Below, piece by piece: positions 42,211 to 51,576 of a stretch of 64,000 nt of DNA. This stretch comes from Candidatus Pacebacteria bacterium CG2_30_36_39 (GTDB lineage: Bacteria > Patescibacteriota > Microgenomatia > UBA1400 > PJMF01). The notes below the pieces were generated by a model that ran no database searches, was not told the DNA's origin, and was given only the letters and a program-made list of their open reading frames with translations. The stretch covers positions 307,004-371,003 of the forward strand of contig MNZB01000004.1 of assembly GCA_001873435.1 (NCBI GenBank), read 5' to 3'. The position numbers and the translations under genes were made by a program. The stretch's first letter is position 1. Each line of letters opens with the position of its first letter.

Positions 42211-43905
42211 ATGAATTCATCACTACCGAAACCAACCGATCCAAAACAAGATATGCCAACACCGGCCAAGATTGGTCGTTCCGTTGCCCCAACTGGAGTT
42301 CCTAAATTAGAAGGAATCAATCCAGCTTTGGCACCAAAAAACACAGTCCCACCAGCGGCTCCAGCTCCAGTTGAAGCAGCTAATCCTATCCCTGCTCCAA
42401 ATATTGGTTTGCAAACTGCTCCGACCGCCCCAAAATTACAAACTCCACCACCTCCTTCTTTGGGAACTAATCCAGGAAAACCCAATATTCCTCCTTTGCC
42501 AGTCAAGCAACAAACAACTGCTGGCGGAGTAAAACCACAAGTAGTTCAAGCCAAAAAAGACCCAAAAAAACTCATTATGATTATTGCTGCAGTCTTAATT
42601 GGATTGGGAATAATAGGTAGTCTTTGGTCGACTTTTTTTGGTGGTGAAAAAACAACAACAGCTGGCACAACAAACACTACCAATACTACAAAAACCCCTC
42701 AGCAACCAGTAAAACAAACAGTTTTAACTTATTGGGGTCTATGGGAACCTTCAACAGTTTTGGAAGAGGTGATTAAGGATTATGAAGATAAAAACCCAGG
42801 AATAAAAATCGATTACAGAATTCAATCACACAAAGATTACCGAGAGCGCTTACAAACAGCTATCGCTTCTGGTAATGGACCAGATATTTTCCGTTATCAC
42901 TCTGCTTGGGTACCAATGCTAAGTGGTGATTTGGCTGTTTTACCAGCAAGCGTAATGAGCGCTAATGATTTTAAAACCACTTTTTATCCATCGGCATCTC
43001 AGTTACTGCAAATAGATGGCAAAATTGTAGGCCTACCTCTAATGTATGAGGGATTAGGTCTTTATTACAATGAGGATATTTTGCAGACAGCTGGAGTTCA
43101 AGCTCCAACCACTTGGGCTGAGCTTAAAAAATTGGCCGGTGAATTAAGTGTCCCAGCGGATAAAAATGCTAGAAAAAATGGTACTATTACCAGAGGAGGA
43201 TTGGCAATTGGTAATGCAACAAATGTTGATCATTTCTCTGATATTCTGGCTTTATTAATTTTACAAAATGGTGGTGATCCAGCAGAGCCAGCTTACACAG
43301 AAGTCAGAGATGCTCTTGTTTTCTATACCAACTTTATTGCTGAAGATGGAGTCTGGAGTAGCTCATTACCAAGTTCCACAGTGGCTTTTGCCAAAGGTGA
43401 TGTAGCTATGATGTTTGCTCCAACTTGGAGAGCTCATGAAGTTAAAGAATTAAATCCCAAACTTAAATTTGGAATTGCTCCTGTTCCTCAACTTTCTGAT
43501 GAGCATATTGCTTGGGCTAACTATTGGGCTGAGGGTGTCAATGAAAAAAGCGCTAATAAAGAAGCTTCTTGGGCATTCTTAAAATATATGACCAGTGCTG
43601 AAGTAATGAAAAAACTTTACTCTGCTGAGAGTAATGTCAGATCTTTTGGTGAGCCATACTCTAGAACGGATATTGCCTCTGAATTAGCTAAAGATCCTTA
43701 TGTCGCTGGAGTTTTGCAAGACGCTCCAATTGCAACCGGTTGGCACATGAGCTCAGCAACTCATGATAATGGACTTAATGATCAAATTATCAACTATTAC
43801 GCAGCAGCAATTAGCTCTACTTTAAATAGTGAAGATGAAGAAGATATTTTGAAAGCCTTAGAAGCTGGAGTAAAGCAAGTTCTTCGTCAGTATTCAGTCA
43901 AATAA
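42211..43905 (+). CDS. Extracellular solute-binding protein (ABC transporter, family 1, sugar type) with an N-terminal Pro-rich linker and membrane anchor.
   Basis: 564 aa. LTYWGLWEPSTVLEEVIKDYEDKNPGIKIDY...GNGPDIFRYHSAWVPML, typical of SBP_bac_1. The Pro/Ala-rich N-terminal region precedes the TM. Confidence 0.65.
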   Translation: MNSSLPKPTDPKQDMPTPAKIGRSVAPTGVPKLEGINPALAPKNTVPPAAPAPVEAANPIPAPNIGLQTAPTAPKLQTPPPPSLGTNPGKPNIPPLPVKQQTTAGGVKPQVVQAKKDPKKLIMIIAAVLIGLGIIGSLWSTFFGGEKTTTAGTTNTTNTTKTPQQPVKQTVLTYWGLWEPSTVLEEVIKDYEDKNPGIKIDYRIQSHKDYRERLQTAIASGNGPDIFRYHSAWVPMLSGDLAVLPASVMSANDFKTTFYPSASQLLQIDGKIVGLPLMYEGLGLYYNEDILQTAGVQAPTTWAELKKLAGELSVPADKNARKNGTITRGGLAIGNATNVDHFSDILALLILQNGGDPAEPAYTEVRDALVFYTNFIAEDGVWSSSLPSSTVAFAKGDVAMMFAPTWRAHEVKELNPKLKFGIAPVPQLSDEHIAWANYWAEGVNEKSANKEASWAFLKYMTSAEVMKKLYSAESNVRSFGEPYSRTDIASELAKDPYVAGVLQDAPIATGWHMSSATHDNGLNDQIINYYAAAISSTLNSEDEEDILKALEAGVKQVLRQYSVK

Positions 43906-43915
43906 TACTGATTAA

Positions 43916-44923
43916 TTACATTATTTTTTTTAATACTTTTGTTAGTTCTTGATAGTCATGTCTCAATAAACTTCTGGCAATTTTGTCATGTTCACTTTGC
44001 ATAGCTATAACTTTGGAAACTAATTTGGCACGAATTATTTGTTTATTAATTGGCAAATCATCAACCACCGGATATTCTTTCTCGTTTTCGTATAAAGCAA
44101 GAATATTGTCTGGTATTTTTTCTGAATTAACTATTACATAATCTGGTTTTCGACCGAAGTACTCTTCTATGGTTGCTACGTGTTCTTGGGCAGATAACTC
44201 ATGAGTTTGTGAATAATGTGTCATTAGGTTAACAATATAGATAAACTTGCCTTTTGCCTTTATTAAGCTATCTTTGACACCACTGACTAGAGAATGGGGC
44301 AATAGGCTACCATACAAGTCTCCAGGGCCAACAATTATTAAATCAGCTGTTTCTATTGCCTTTTTTGCTTGAGGATAAATTTTTGCTGGAGCAGTAAGTT
44401 CTAGAGAGGTAATTTTTTTACCACCCTTTGAATGATCATCCAAAAAATGCTCTCCAACAAGCTTTGTGCCGTCTTCATAGGTAATAACTAGATTGGTATC
44501 AACTTCAGTAATTGGAAAAACCTTGCCTTTAATACGAAATATTTTGCTTGCTAGCGAAATGGCTTCTCCTGGAGAACTTTTAATATCTTCAAGTGCAGTT
44601 AAAATTAAATTACCTAGGTTATGACCTTCTAAACCATTTCCTTTTTTAAATCTATATAACAACAAATTACGAATATCTTTTTGATTAGCATCATCAGCTA
44701 GGGCCACTAAACATTGACGCAAATCTCCAACTGGTAAAAACCCAAACTCATCTCGTAGACGACCAGTAGAACCCCCAGAGTCTGTGACAACAGAAAGAGC
44801 AGTGAGTTCTAATTGGGGCAAATTTTTTAAGGCAGTAATTACCACCGAAGATCCAGTTCCTCCACCAATGACAACGACTTTCTTCATGTTATTGAGCGTA
44901 TATGCAAATGCTTTTCTTGGCAA
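43916..44923 (-). CDS. YvcK/CofD-like gluconeogenesis factor (UPF0052).
   Basis: MKKVVVIGGGTGSSVVITALK...LSVVTDSGGSTGRLRDEFGFLPVGDLRQCLVAL. The likely start is the Met of MKKVVVIGGG, about 44884. Confidence 0.8.
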   Translation of the reverse strand: MPRKAFAYTLNNMKKVVVIGGGTGSSVVITALKNLPQLELTALSVVTDSGGSTGRLRDEFGFLPVGDLRQCLVALADDANQKDIRNLLLYRFKKGNGLEGHNLGNLILTALEDIKSSPGEAISLASKIFRIKGKVFPITEVDTNLVITYEDGTKLVGEHFLDDHSKGGKKITSLELTAPAKIYPQAKKAIETADLIIVGPGDLYGSLLPHSLVSGVKDSLIKAKGKFIYIVNLMTHYSQTHELSAQEHVATIEEYFGRKPDYVIVNSEKIPDNILALYENEKEYPVVDDLPINKQIIRAKLVSKVIAMQSEHDKIARSLLRHDYQELTKVLKKIM

Positions 44924-44938
44924 GCTGTTTTTCTTTGA

Positions 44939-46264
44939 TTGGGTATAATACCTCTTATGGCTTTATCTGATTCAGAAAAGATTGTTTTGGCAGCTGTTGC
45001 ATATAGCGCTCAGTTTTCTCATCCTTTGACTCAAGAAGAAATCATTAAACGTTGTTATAAGCCAGGTAATATTTCTCAAAAAAAACTAGAATTAGCAATA
45101 GAAAAACTCCTCAAACTTAAAAAGCTTGTTAAGCAAAACAACTATTATACTTTGGCTATTACTCCCTGGGCTTTTAGAAATCGTGACCAAGTAAGCAAAA
45201 AGTATTTAGCAATTAAAAAATATAAAGAAGAAATTATTAGTGAACTAGTTTTATTGGCTAATAAAATTCCTTGGGTGTTGGGAGTGGTGATTACTGGTTC
45301 TTATGCTGCCGGAGTTGTTCAAGAAAAACATGATTTGGATTTTTTAATCATTACCAAAAAAAATAGACTCTGGCTTACTAGATTAATATTTTTATTTCTT
45401 TCTGCAATCAAAGGAAGAAGGCCGCATTTACCTGGTGGCGACATTAGTCATAGTTGGGATTTTAATTTTTGGTTGGATGAAACCAGATTAAAAATGACAA
45501 AAGATAGTAAAACCATGTACGAGGCTTATGAGGCATTGCAAACTCGTTGGGTTGTTAATAAAGAGAATATAAAAACAAGATTTTATCAAGAAAACGCTTG
45601 GATTAAAGAGTGCTTTCCTTTTGCAGATTTTTCTTTATCTAATAGTAATCAAGATTTAATTTATGACGAGCAAGTTAGTTCCGGTTTTGGAAATTATTGC
45701 GATTGGTTGTCGATGATGTTGCAACTCAAATATCGGGAGATACGCCATGGCAAGCAACGAGCTGATGTTCATAGCGCCTTTCTTCACTCCAATCATACAA
45801 GACAACAAATTTTAGCTACTTGGAAAGCTCTTTATCAATTGGTTTTAAATAAGCAAAAGATTGTTTTAGCGACTGGAGTATTCGATGTTCTTCATCAGGA
45901 ACACATGGCTTTTTTAAAGGCTGCAAAAATAGAGGGAACAATGTTGGTTGTTGGATTAGAGTCAGATTTAAGAGTTAAGTCTATGAAAGGTAGTTCAAGA
46001 CCAGTTTATTCTGAACAAGAAAGAAAAAGGAATCTTGAACAACTTAAAATAGCTGATTTGGTTTTTGTTTTACCAGAAGAGTTTAGTACTCCAACTGATC
46101 ATTTGAATTTATTGAAACAAATAAAACCAGCAGTTTTGGCAGTTTCTTCTCATACAGCATATCTGGATACCAAAAAGAAATTAATGTCTAAGGTGGGTGG
46201 AGAAGTTAGGGTAGTTCGTGAATATAATCCTGATTTTTCTACCACCAAACTACTCCAACAATAG
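44939..46264 (+). CDS. Fusion of a Pol-beta-type nucleotidyltransferase domain and a cytidylyltransferase-like domain.
   Basis: 441 aa. N-terminal half GVVITGSYAAGVVQEKHDLDFLII, a GS...DxD nucleotidyltransferase motif. C-terminal half LATGVFDVLHQEHMAFLKAAK...LVVGLESD...KG..RPV, cytidylyltransferase HxxH-like. Confidence 0.55.
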   Translation: MGIIPLMALSDSEKIVLAAVAYSAQFSHPLTQEEIIKRCYKPGNISQKKLELAIEKLLKLKKLVKQNNYYTLAITPWAFRNRDQVSKKYLAIKKYKEEIISELVLLANKIPWVLGVVITGSYAAGVVQEKHDLDFLIITKKNRLWLTRLIFLFLSAIKGRRPHLPGGDISHSWDFNFWLDETRLKMTKDSKTMYEAYEALQTRWVVNKENIKTRFYQENAWIKECFPFADFSLSNSNQDLIYDEQVSSGFGNYCDWLSMMLQLKYREIRHGKQRADVHSAFLHSNHTRQQILATWKALYQLVLNKQKIVLATGVFDVLHQEHMAFLKAAKIEGTMLVVGLESDLRVKSMKGSSRPVYSEQERKRNLEQLKIADLVFVLPEEFSTPTDHLNLLKQIKPAVLAVSSHTAYLDTKKKLMSKVGGEVRVVREYNPDFSTTKLLQQ

Positions 46265-46301
46265 AGTTAAGTTCTGTATACTTAATACTAGAAAGGGTCT
46301 T

Positions 46302-46598
46302 ATGAAGAAATTTATTTTGGTCTCTTTAGTTGGTGTTGCTGGTTTAATTTTTGCTGGTTGTATTCAGCAGACAGCTCCAGTTCAGCCCACTCAGCAAAAA
46401 GCAGTAGAAAAGGTTGGTGATACTACCAAAAAAGGCATAATTAGTGCTTCTGGAGGTAGATATTATTTAGCTGAATCAGGACAAACTCCTAAAGAAATAG
46501 ATAGTTATGCAGTAGATCTTTCTGCCTATGTTGGCAAAACAGTAACGGTTACTGGCCAGTATAGTGGTGATACTTTGTTTGTTGGCAGCATAGAGTAA
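46302..46598 (+). CDS. Small lipoprotein.
   Basis: MKKFILVSLVGVAGLIFAGC: signal peptide with a lipobox Cys. The track ORF starts at 46218, but the Met at 46302 fits better. Confidence 0.55.
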   Translation: MKKFILVSLVGVAGLIFAGCIQQTAPVQPTQQKAVEKVGDTTKKGIISASGGRYYLAESGQTPKEIDSYAVDLSAYVGKTVTVTGQYSGDTLFVGSIE

Positions 46599-46608
46599 GA
46601 TACAACTA

Positions 46609-48075
46609 GTGCCTAAAAAACATTCTCAATTTGTCTGCCAACAGTGTGAGGCGGCTTTTCCTAAATGGCAAGGTCAGTGTAGTGCTTGTGGGGCTTGGAA
46701 TACTTTAGTTGAAGAAGCTATTGAAGTAACTGTGAATGCTAAGGGAAAAACTACAACCCTAAGAAATGAAACAGATTTTTTAATTAGTTATCCAGAAGTA
46801 GAGCTGTCAGAAACCGCCAAAAACCGTTTTTCTACAACTTTGTCTGAGTTGGATAGGGTGTTGGGTGGAGGATTGGTTCCAGGAATGGTTTCTTTGGTTG
46901 GCGGAGAACCAGGAATTGGTAAGTCCACATTGCTAACACAGGTGGTGGTTGGTTTATTAAACAAAGATATTGCTTTTGCAGAACAAAACTTAACCCAAAA
47001 ATCTACTAAATCTTCTATGACTGGAAAACCGAAAACTTGGTTGAGTGAGGCGCCAATAGTGTATGTTGCTGGTGAAGAAAGTCCATCTCAAATATCACTT
47101 AGAATCAATCGATATTTACAAAAAGAACATAAAAATAGTTCAATAGATAAAGTCAAAATAGACCCGAAGAATATTTTAAATAAATTGTTGTTCGTAACAT
47201 CCACTCAGGTAGAAGAGATTGTTCAGGTTATGGCAAAACATAAACCAAGATTGGTAATCATTGATAGTATCCAGACTATCACTACCAATGAGCTAACAGG
47301 AGCCAGTGGAAGTGTAGGTCAGATTAGAGAATCAGCAGAAAAAATAACTCAAATGGCTAAGGCTTTTCATATTCCAGTCTTTTTTATTGGTCATGTAACC
47401 AAGGATGGCATTATTGCTGGACCCAAGGTTCTTGAACATATTGTTGATGCAGTAGTTGAAATTAGTGGTGAAAGATCAGGACAATTAAGACTAGTTAGAG
47501 CTTTAAAAAATCGCTTTGGTGCCACTGACGAGGTTGGTGTTTTTCAACATGATGATTATGGTTTGGCTGAAGTAACTAATCCTAGCGAGCTATTTTTGGA
47601 ACAAACTGAGCTTGGAGTTCCAGGTAGTGCAACTGTTGGAGTTATGGAAGGAACTAGGCCACTATTGGTTGAAGTTCAGGCTTTGGTTACATATTCTCAA
47701 CTAGCAATGCCTCGTAGAGTGGGTAGAGGAATAGAATTATCTAGAATTCAAATTTTGGCTGCTATCTTACAAAAACATGCCAGGTTACCATTGGAATCAA
47801 ATGATGTGTTTTTGAATGCTGCAGGTGGATTTACTATTAAAGAACCAGCGGTTGATCTTGGTTTGGCAGTGGCAATTGCTAGCTCATTAAAGAACAAGAA
47901 AATATCACAAAAAGCTATTTTTATCGGTGAAGTAGGGCTTTTAGGTGAGATAAGAAAAGTTAGTTTTTTGGAGAAAAGAATCAAAGAAGCCAAACGTTTA
48001 GGCTTTACAGAAATATATTCAAGAGAAACACACAAAACTGTTAGAGAAGTATTGAAAGATTTGGATTTACTTTAG
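46609..48075 (+). CDS. radA: DNA repair protein RadA/Sms.
   Basis: N-terminal C4 zinc finger CQQCEAAFPKWQGQCSACGAWNT, RecA-like Walker A LVGGEPGIGKSTLLTQV, and a Lon-protease-like C-terminal domain. Confidence 0.9.
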   Translation: MPKKHSQFVCQQCEAAFPKWQGQCSACGAWNTLVEEAIEVTVNAKGKTTTLRNETDFLISYPEVELSETAKNRFSTTLSELDRVLGGGLVPGMVSLVGGEPGIGKSTLLTQVVVGLLNKDIAFAEQNLTQKSTKSSMTGKPKTWLSEAPIVYVAGEESPSQISLRINRYLQKEHKNSSIDKVKIDPKNILNKLLFVTSTQVEEIVQVMAKHKPRLVIIDSIQTITTNELTGASGSVGQIRESAEKITQMAKAFHIPVFFIGHVTKDGIIAGPKVLEHIVDAVVEISGERSGQLRLVRALKNRFGATDEVGVFQHDDYGLAEVTNPSELFLEQTELGVPGSATVGVMEGTRPLLVEVQALVTYSQLAMPRRVGRGIELSRIQILAAILQKHARLPLESNDVFLNAAGGFTIKEPAVDLGLAVAIASSLKNKKISQKAIFIGEVGLLGEIRKVSFLEKRIKEAKRLGFTEIYSRETHKTVREVLKDLDLL

Positions 48076-50273
48076 TCTCGTTTTTTAGAATAGCGTTCGC
48101 GGCTTACTTTAATGACTTTGTCTTTATTCATATTACTACTCTTAGCTAAAGCTAAAGTATGGGCTGGAAATGGTTTTGAGATAACATTATCAATAGAGAT
48201 TCTATTAATAATTTGATGTTTTTCAAGAGAAACCAATTCTTCTGGAGTGTAATGTTCACCAAACTCTCGACTAAATACTTGGGCATCTTCTGAACCCATG
48301 ACAAAACTTGCAGTACTTCCACAGTTACCAAAAATAGCTTTTTGTACTTCTTCTGGAATCTGAGCAATATATTGATTTGCTAAGGTTAAGTTAAGACGAT
48401 ATTTACGAGCTTCGGAAAGAATTTTAATAAATGCTTCAGTAGCAAAGTTTTGGAATTCATCTACGTAAAGATAAAAATCTCGACGTTGTTCTTCTGGAAT
48501 ATTTACTCTGGCCATAGCAGCAAGTTGAATTTTAGTAATCATCATGGCGCCTAAAAGAGTAGCATTATCTTCACCCAATTTTCCTTGTGAAAGATTAACT
48601 AGGAGTATTTTTCCCTCATTCATAATGTCTTCAATATCAAAAGAACTTTTGTGAGCATTAACAACATTACGAATTAAAGGAGATGAGGTAAACTGTCCAA
48701 CTTTATTTAAGATAGAAGCGATTGATTCTGTACGCAATCTATCTTGCATCTTGTTGTATTCATCAACCCAATAACTTTTAAGAATGGGATCTTGAAGATT
48801 TTCAACATATTTTTCACGAAACTTAGGATTGGTTAAAAGCTCTAGGATGTCAGAAAGCCTGGCATTATCACTGGTTAAAAGAGTTAAAAGGGCATTGCGT
48901 AGGATATATTCCAAACGAGGACCCCAAGAATATCCGTAGAGTTTTTGAAAAATAGAGATGATTCCAGAAGCAATTAGTTCTCGATGAACTACATTTTTAC
49001 CTTCAAAAAGATTTATTTGAACTGTTCTCTCTGGATCACTAGGATCAAAATAAATAACGTCATTAATACGACGAGCTGGGATGTAGTTGAGAAGAGTTTC
49101 TACTAGATCTCCATGTGGATCAATAACACAAATACCAGCTCCATTTTTTAAGTCGTTGATAGCCATATTTGCTAGTAGGGTTGATTTACCAGTGCCTGTT
49201 TTGCCAATGACATACATATGGCGTCTACGGTCTACACTTCGTAGTCCATATTTAACACTACGATTTTTGAAAGTAGTTTCAGCAAAAACATTAGTGTTAT
49301 TTTTTAATTCAGGATCGGTGTCTTTGGTAATAATGGGTAGGTTTTCTGGTGGTTCGCCCAAGAGATTTTTACCCCAAGCAATGTTTGGGATAACCTCTAG
49401 ATCTTTGTTTGGTAAGTGATATAGAGTGGCTAATTCATCTAAGGCTAAGTGAAAGCGAGGGGAGCGCAAGAATGAGCGTTGTTGCATCATTTTTATAAAA
49501 TGGGTTTTGAAGACATAGTTTCGGCGCAGTACCAAGAGATTTCCTTCGCTTTTAGAAATTGCGTTATAGGTAGCAGCTAAGGTTTCTAAGATTAATTCAC
49601 TACGCTGGGTAGATTCAGTACGGATAGCAATTTTTATGCCAACTTTTAATGATTCTTTTTTGAGTTTTTCTTCAATAATAGATTTTTGGCGGTGATATCC
49701 AGATACGCTATCATCACTAGACTTATTCTCTATTTGTTGCCATCCTTTACGCTTCCATCCTTCTTTATCCTGAGAAGCTACATATTGAATGTGGATTACG
49801 TCATTTGGTTGGCTTTTGGAAAGAGAGGCTAATAGAGAGGCCAAGGGATCAACTTCTTTGAAGTCGGTGTAGGTTTTTAAGGGTAAATATTCTGCATTAG
49901 CAAGTTTTAAGTTGCCGGTTTTAACAAATGAAGGGGTAATGAGTTTGCCGTTAACATCAAAGAAATCTAAGAGAGGATCTTCTAGTGGTTCTGTTATCAA
50001 TGATTCTGGATAACTGGCAATTAAACTACCTCTGAGGTATTCAGCTAAACGTTCTGGAATATACATTAGAAATCTAATTACTTGATCACGAACTACAATT
50101 TCTAGGCTGAAATGTTCTTCTTTGCCAATGAGTTTATAAAAAATATTGTTATAAAGTTTTGGTAAAGTAGAATAAAGTTGAACAGCTGTTTCAGGAGTAT
50201 GTTCAGCATCGCGACCAGTTCGAATTTCAATTAATGTATGTGGCGTCATAAAACTAGCCTTCATTATATACAA
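48072..50273 (-). CDS. TraG/TraD/VirD4-family (T4SS coupling-protein-like) P-loop ATPase with no N-terminal membrane anchor.
   Basis: 733 aa. Walker A HMYVIGKTGTGKSTLLANMAINDL..ICVIDPHGD. C-terminal ...FYLYVDEFQNFATE...ARKYRLNLTLANQYIAQI...FGNCGSTASF resembles the TraG-D_C / TrwB-like region. No hydrophobic N-terminal helices. Confidence 0.55.
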   Translation of the reverse strand: MYIMKASFMTPHTLIEIRTGRDAEHTPETAVQLYSTLPKLYNNIFYKLIGKEEHFSLEIVVRDQVIRFLMYIPERLAEYLRGSLIASYPESLITEPLEDPLLDFFDVNGKLITPSFVKTGNLKLANAEYLPLKTYTDFKEVDPLASLLASLSKSQPNDVIHIQYVASQDKEGWKRKGWQQIENKSSDDSVSGYHRQKSIIEEKLKKESLKVGIKIAIRTESTQRSELILETLAATYNAISKSEGNLLVLRRNYVFKTHFIKMMQQRSFLRSPRFHLALDELATLYHLPNKDLEVIPNIAWGKNLLGEPPENLPIITKDTDPELKNNTNVFAETTFKNRSVKYGLRSVDRRRHMYVIGKTGTGKSTLLANMAINDLKNGAGICVIDPHGDLVETLLNYIPARRINDVIYFDPSDPERTVQINLFEGKNVVHRELIASGIISIFQKLYGYSWGPRLEYILRNALLTLLTSDNARLSDILELLTNPKFREKYVENLQDPILKSYWVDEYNKMQDRLRTESIASILNKVGQFTSSPLIRNVVNAHKSSFDIEDIMNEGKILLVNLSQGKLGEDNATLLGAMMITKIQLAAMARVNIPEEQRRDFYLYVDEFQNFATEAFIKILSEARKYRLNLTLANQYIAQIPEEVQKAIFGNCGSTASFVMGSEDAQVFSREFGEHYTPEELVSLEKHQIINRISIDNVISKPFPAHTLALAKSSNMNKDKVIKVSRERYSKKRD

Positions 50274-50307
50274 AGATCAGGTGCAAAGGGGAGAGCAGAG
50301 TCCAAAA

Positions 50308-50679
50308 TTAATGAATTTCAGCTTTGGTTAGCGCGTTTAGAAAGTCAGGCATTTCAGTGGAGATTGTTGATTGGACGCCAAAGATATCTCTAAAGATAGC
50401 CATGCGCATAATTTCATAAAGATACATGGGATCCCAGTAAATATTTAAGTATTTCAAAGCTAAATCAATCATTGTTTCAGCTTGTTCCAGATTTTGACCC
50501 ATTCCAAGTGGTTCCATGTTTGTGCCTGGTAGACCTTCTGTTTGGGGTAAGTGAAATAGATATTCTGCTTCTTGTCCATTTTCAGCCTCTCTTTCAATTA
50601 GCTGTACTTTGACGCCATTTTTTTCTATTTCTTTGATAATTTTTCCAAAAATTGGTTTTTCCATAAGCTTATTATACAC
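50308..50679 (-). CDS. Hypothetical small acidic protein, co-directional and adjacent upstream partner of the VirD4-like ATPase.
   Basis: 123 aa ORF. The likely start is MEKPIFGK. No motif recognised. Confidence 0.3.
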   Translation of the reverse strand: MYNKLMEKPIFGKIIKEIEKNGVKVQLIEREAENGQEAEYLFHLPQTEGLPGTNMEPLGMGQNLEQAETMIDLALKYLNIYWDPMYLYEIMRMAIFRDIFGVQSTISTEMPDFLNALTKAEIH

Positions 50680-50816
50680 GATTTGAGTTATTATCTAGTT
50701 TTCCTCATTATTTTTATGGTTGTTGAAAACTAATATATGTAGTCTGGTTATTCCTTAAATATATTGTTATGAGATATGAATAAATATGCATAAAAATAAC
50801 TATAAGATAGCAAATG

Positions 50817-50846
50817 TTGACAAAAATAGCTTAAAAGAGTTATAGT
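50817..50846 (+). promoter_or_regulatory. Strong sigma-70-like promoter that would drive the downstream non-coding region.
   Basis: TTGACA at 50817-22, a 17-18 nt spacer, then TTATAGT at 50840-46. Confidence 0.5.
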
Positions 50847-50851
50847 GAATT

Positions 50852-51205
50852 ACGTCAAAATAAATACCCGAAAGAGTTCAGATGGTTTTGGAAGAACATT
50901 TGGACATGGAAGATCGAGTAGGGGATTTAAAAGACCTTAAAATCGGAAGAAAAAAAATCCACCGATTTGTAGATTCCAGAACATGGCAGGCAGAACTACA
51001 AAACGGTGGATCACAGTGCAACATTACCGCTGGAAGACCACGAATAATATTGCTCAGGTATTTCTCACGTTACTCCTCAGAGTGTGTGAGAGATGATCTG
51101 AACATAGCATTTTCGTCGGGTACGGTAAACTAGATATTTATGATTATTACTATACTTTTCTATATAGTAATGATCGAGGTTGGTGTATAATACGGGTTAT
51201 ATTTG
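50852..51205 (+). ncRNA. Candidate RNase P RNA (rnpB) or other structured ncRNA.
   Basis: Region of higher GC. Contains CACAGUGCAACAUUACCGCU (compare the RNase P P8-P9/CR-II AGUGCAACAG...ACCGCC). About 100 nt downstream, UCGGGUACGGUAAACUAG (compare CR-III ACGGUAAACUCC). A 13-bp inverted repeat lies at 51141-51174. No convincing P4 AAGUCCGG sequence was seen. Bounded by a promoter upstream and a strong terminator downstream. Confidence 0.4.
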
Positions 51206-51207
51206 TG

Positions 51208-51275
51208 AAAAGCGTTGGGTTGAAGTTCGGTCGGTTGGGCAGGCTACCGAACTTCAGCTTAACGCTTTTTTTATT
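51208..51275 (+). terminator. Strong rho-independent terminator.
   Basis: AAGCGUUGGGUUGAAGUUCGGU-loop-ACCGAACUUCAGCUUAACGCUU followed by UUUUUUU: a stem of about 22 bp. Confidence 0.7.
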
Positions 51276-51452
51276 GACTAAATTTATTTTTTTTAAGCTC
51301 ATAATTTTTTTTATTTGACACAAATTGATATAATAACAACCTGTCTAGAAATCTTTAGGCACATTTGCTGTGTAAAATAAGATTTTTAGACATTTTTTAA
51401 GCTCGTTAACATGAGAAATTGTTTACAAAAATTAAGGAAACTTTAATTGATG

Positions 51453-51556
51453 CCTGGTCTATCTTAGATAGTCTTAGTCTGGAGAAATATATTTTTAATT
51501 CTTTAGACTGAGGCTATCTATTTGCTCTCACGTGAGTGAGAGGTTATAGCTGGTCT
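51453..51556. promoter_or_regulatory. Cluster of palindromic and direct repeats, a putative operator region, upstream of the GC-rich orphan gene.
   Basis: Perfect palindrome CTATCT-T-AGATAG at 51458-70. Inverted repeat CTCTCAC-GTGA-GTGAGAG at 51525-42 with a CACGTG core. Direct repeat CTGGTCTA at 51453-60 and 51549-56. Confidence 0.4.
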
Positions 51557-51576
51557 ACACCAATTCAAGGAGTTCA

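Noticed and set aside
42195-42506. Minus-strand 103-aa Gly/Ala-rich ORF.
   Set aside because: It lies antisense to the Pro/Ala-rich N-terminal linker of the solute-binding protein, a typical compositional artefact.
50882-51133. 83-aa ORF as a protein-coding gene.
   Set aside because: It sits in a GC-rich, structure-rich segment bounded by a promoter and terminator and carries RNase-P-like motifs. There is no Shine-Dalgarno sequence and no recognisable protein family. It is more plausibly non-coding.
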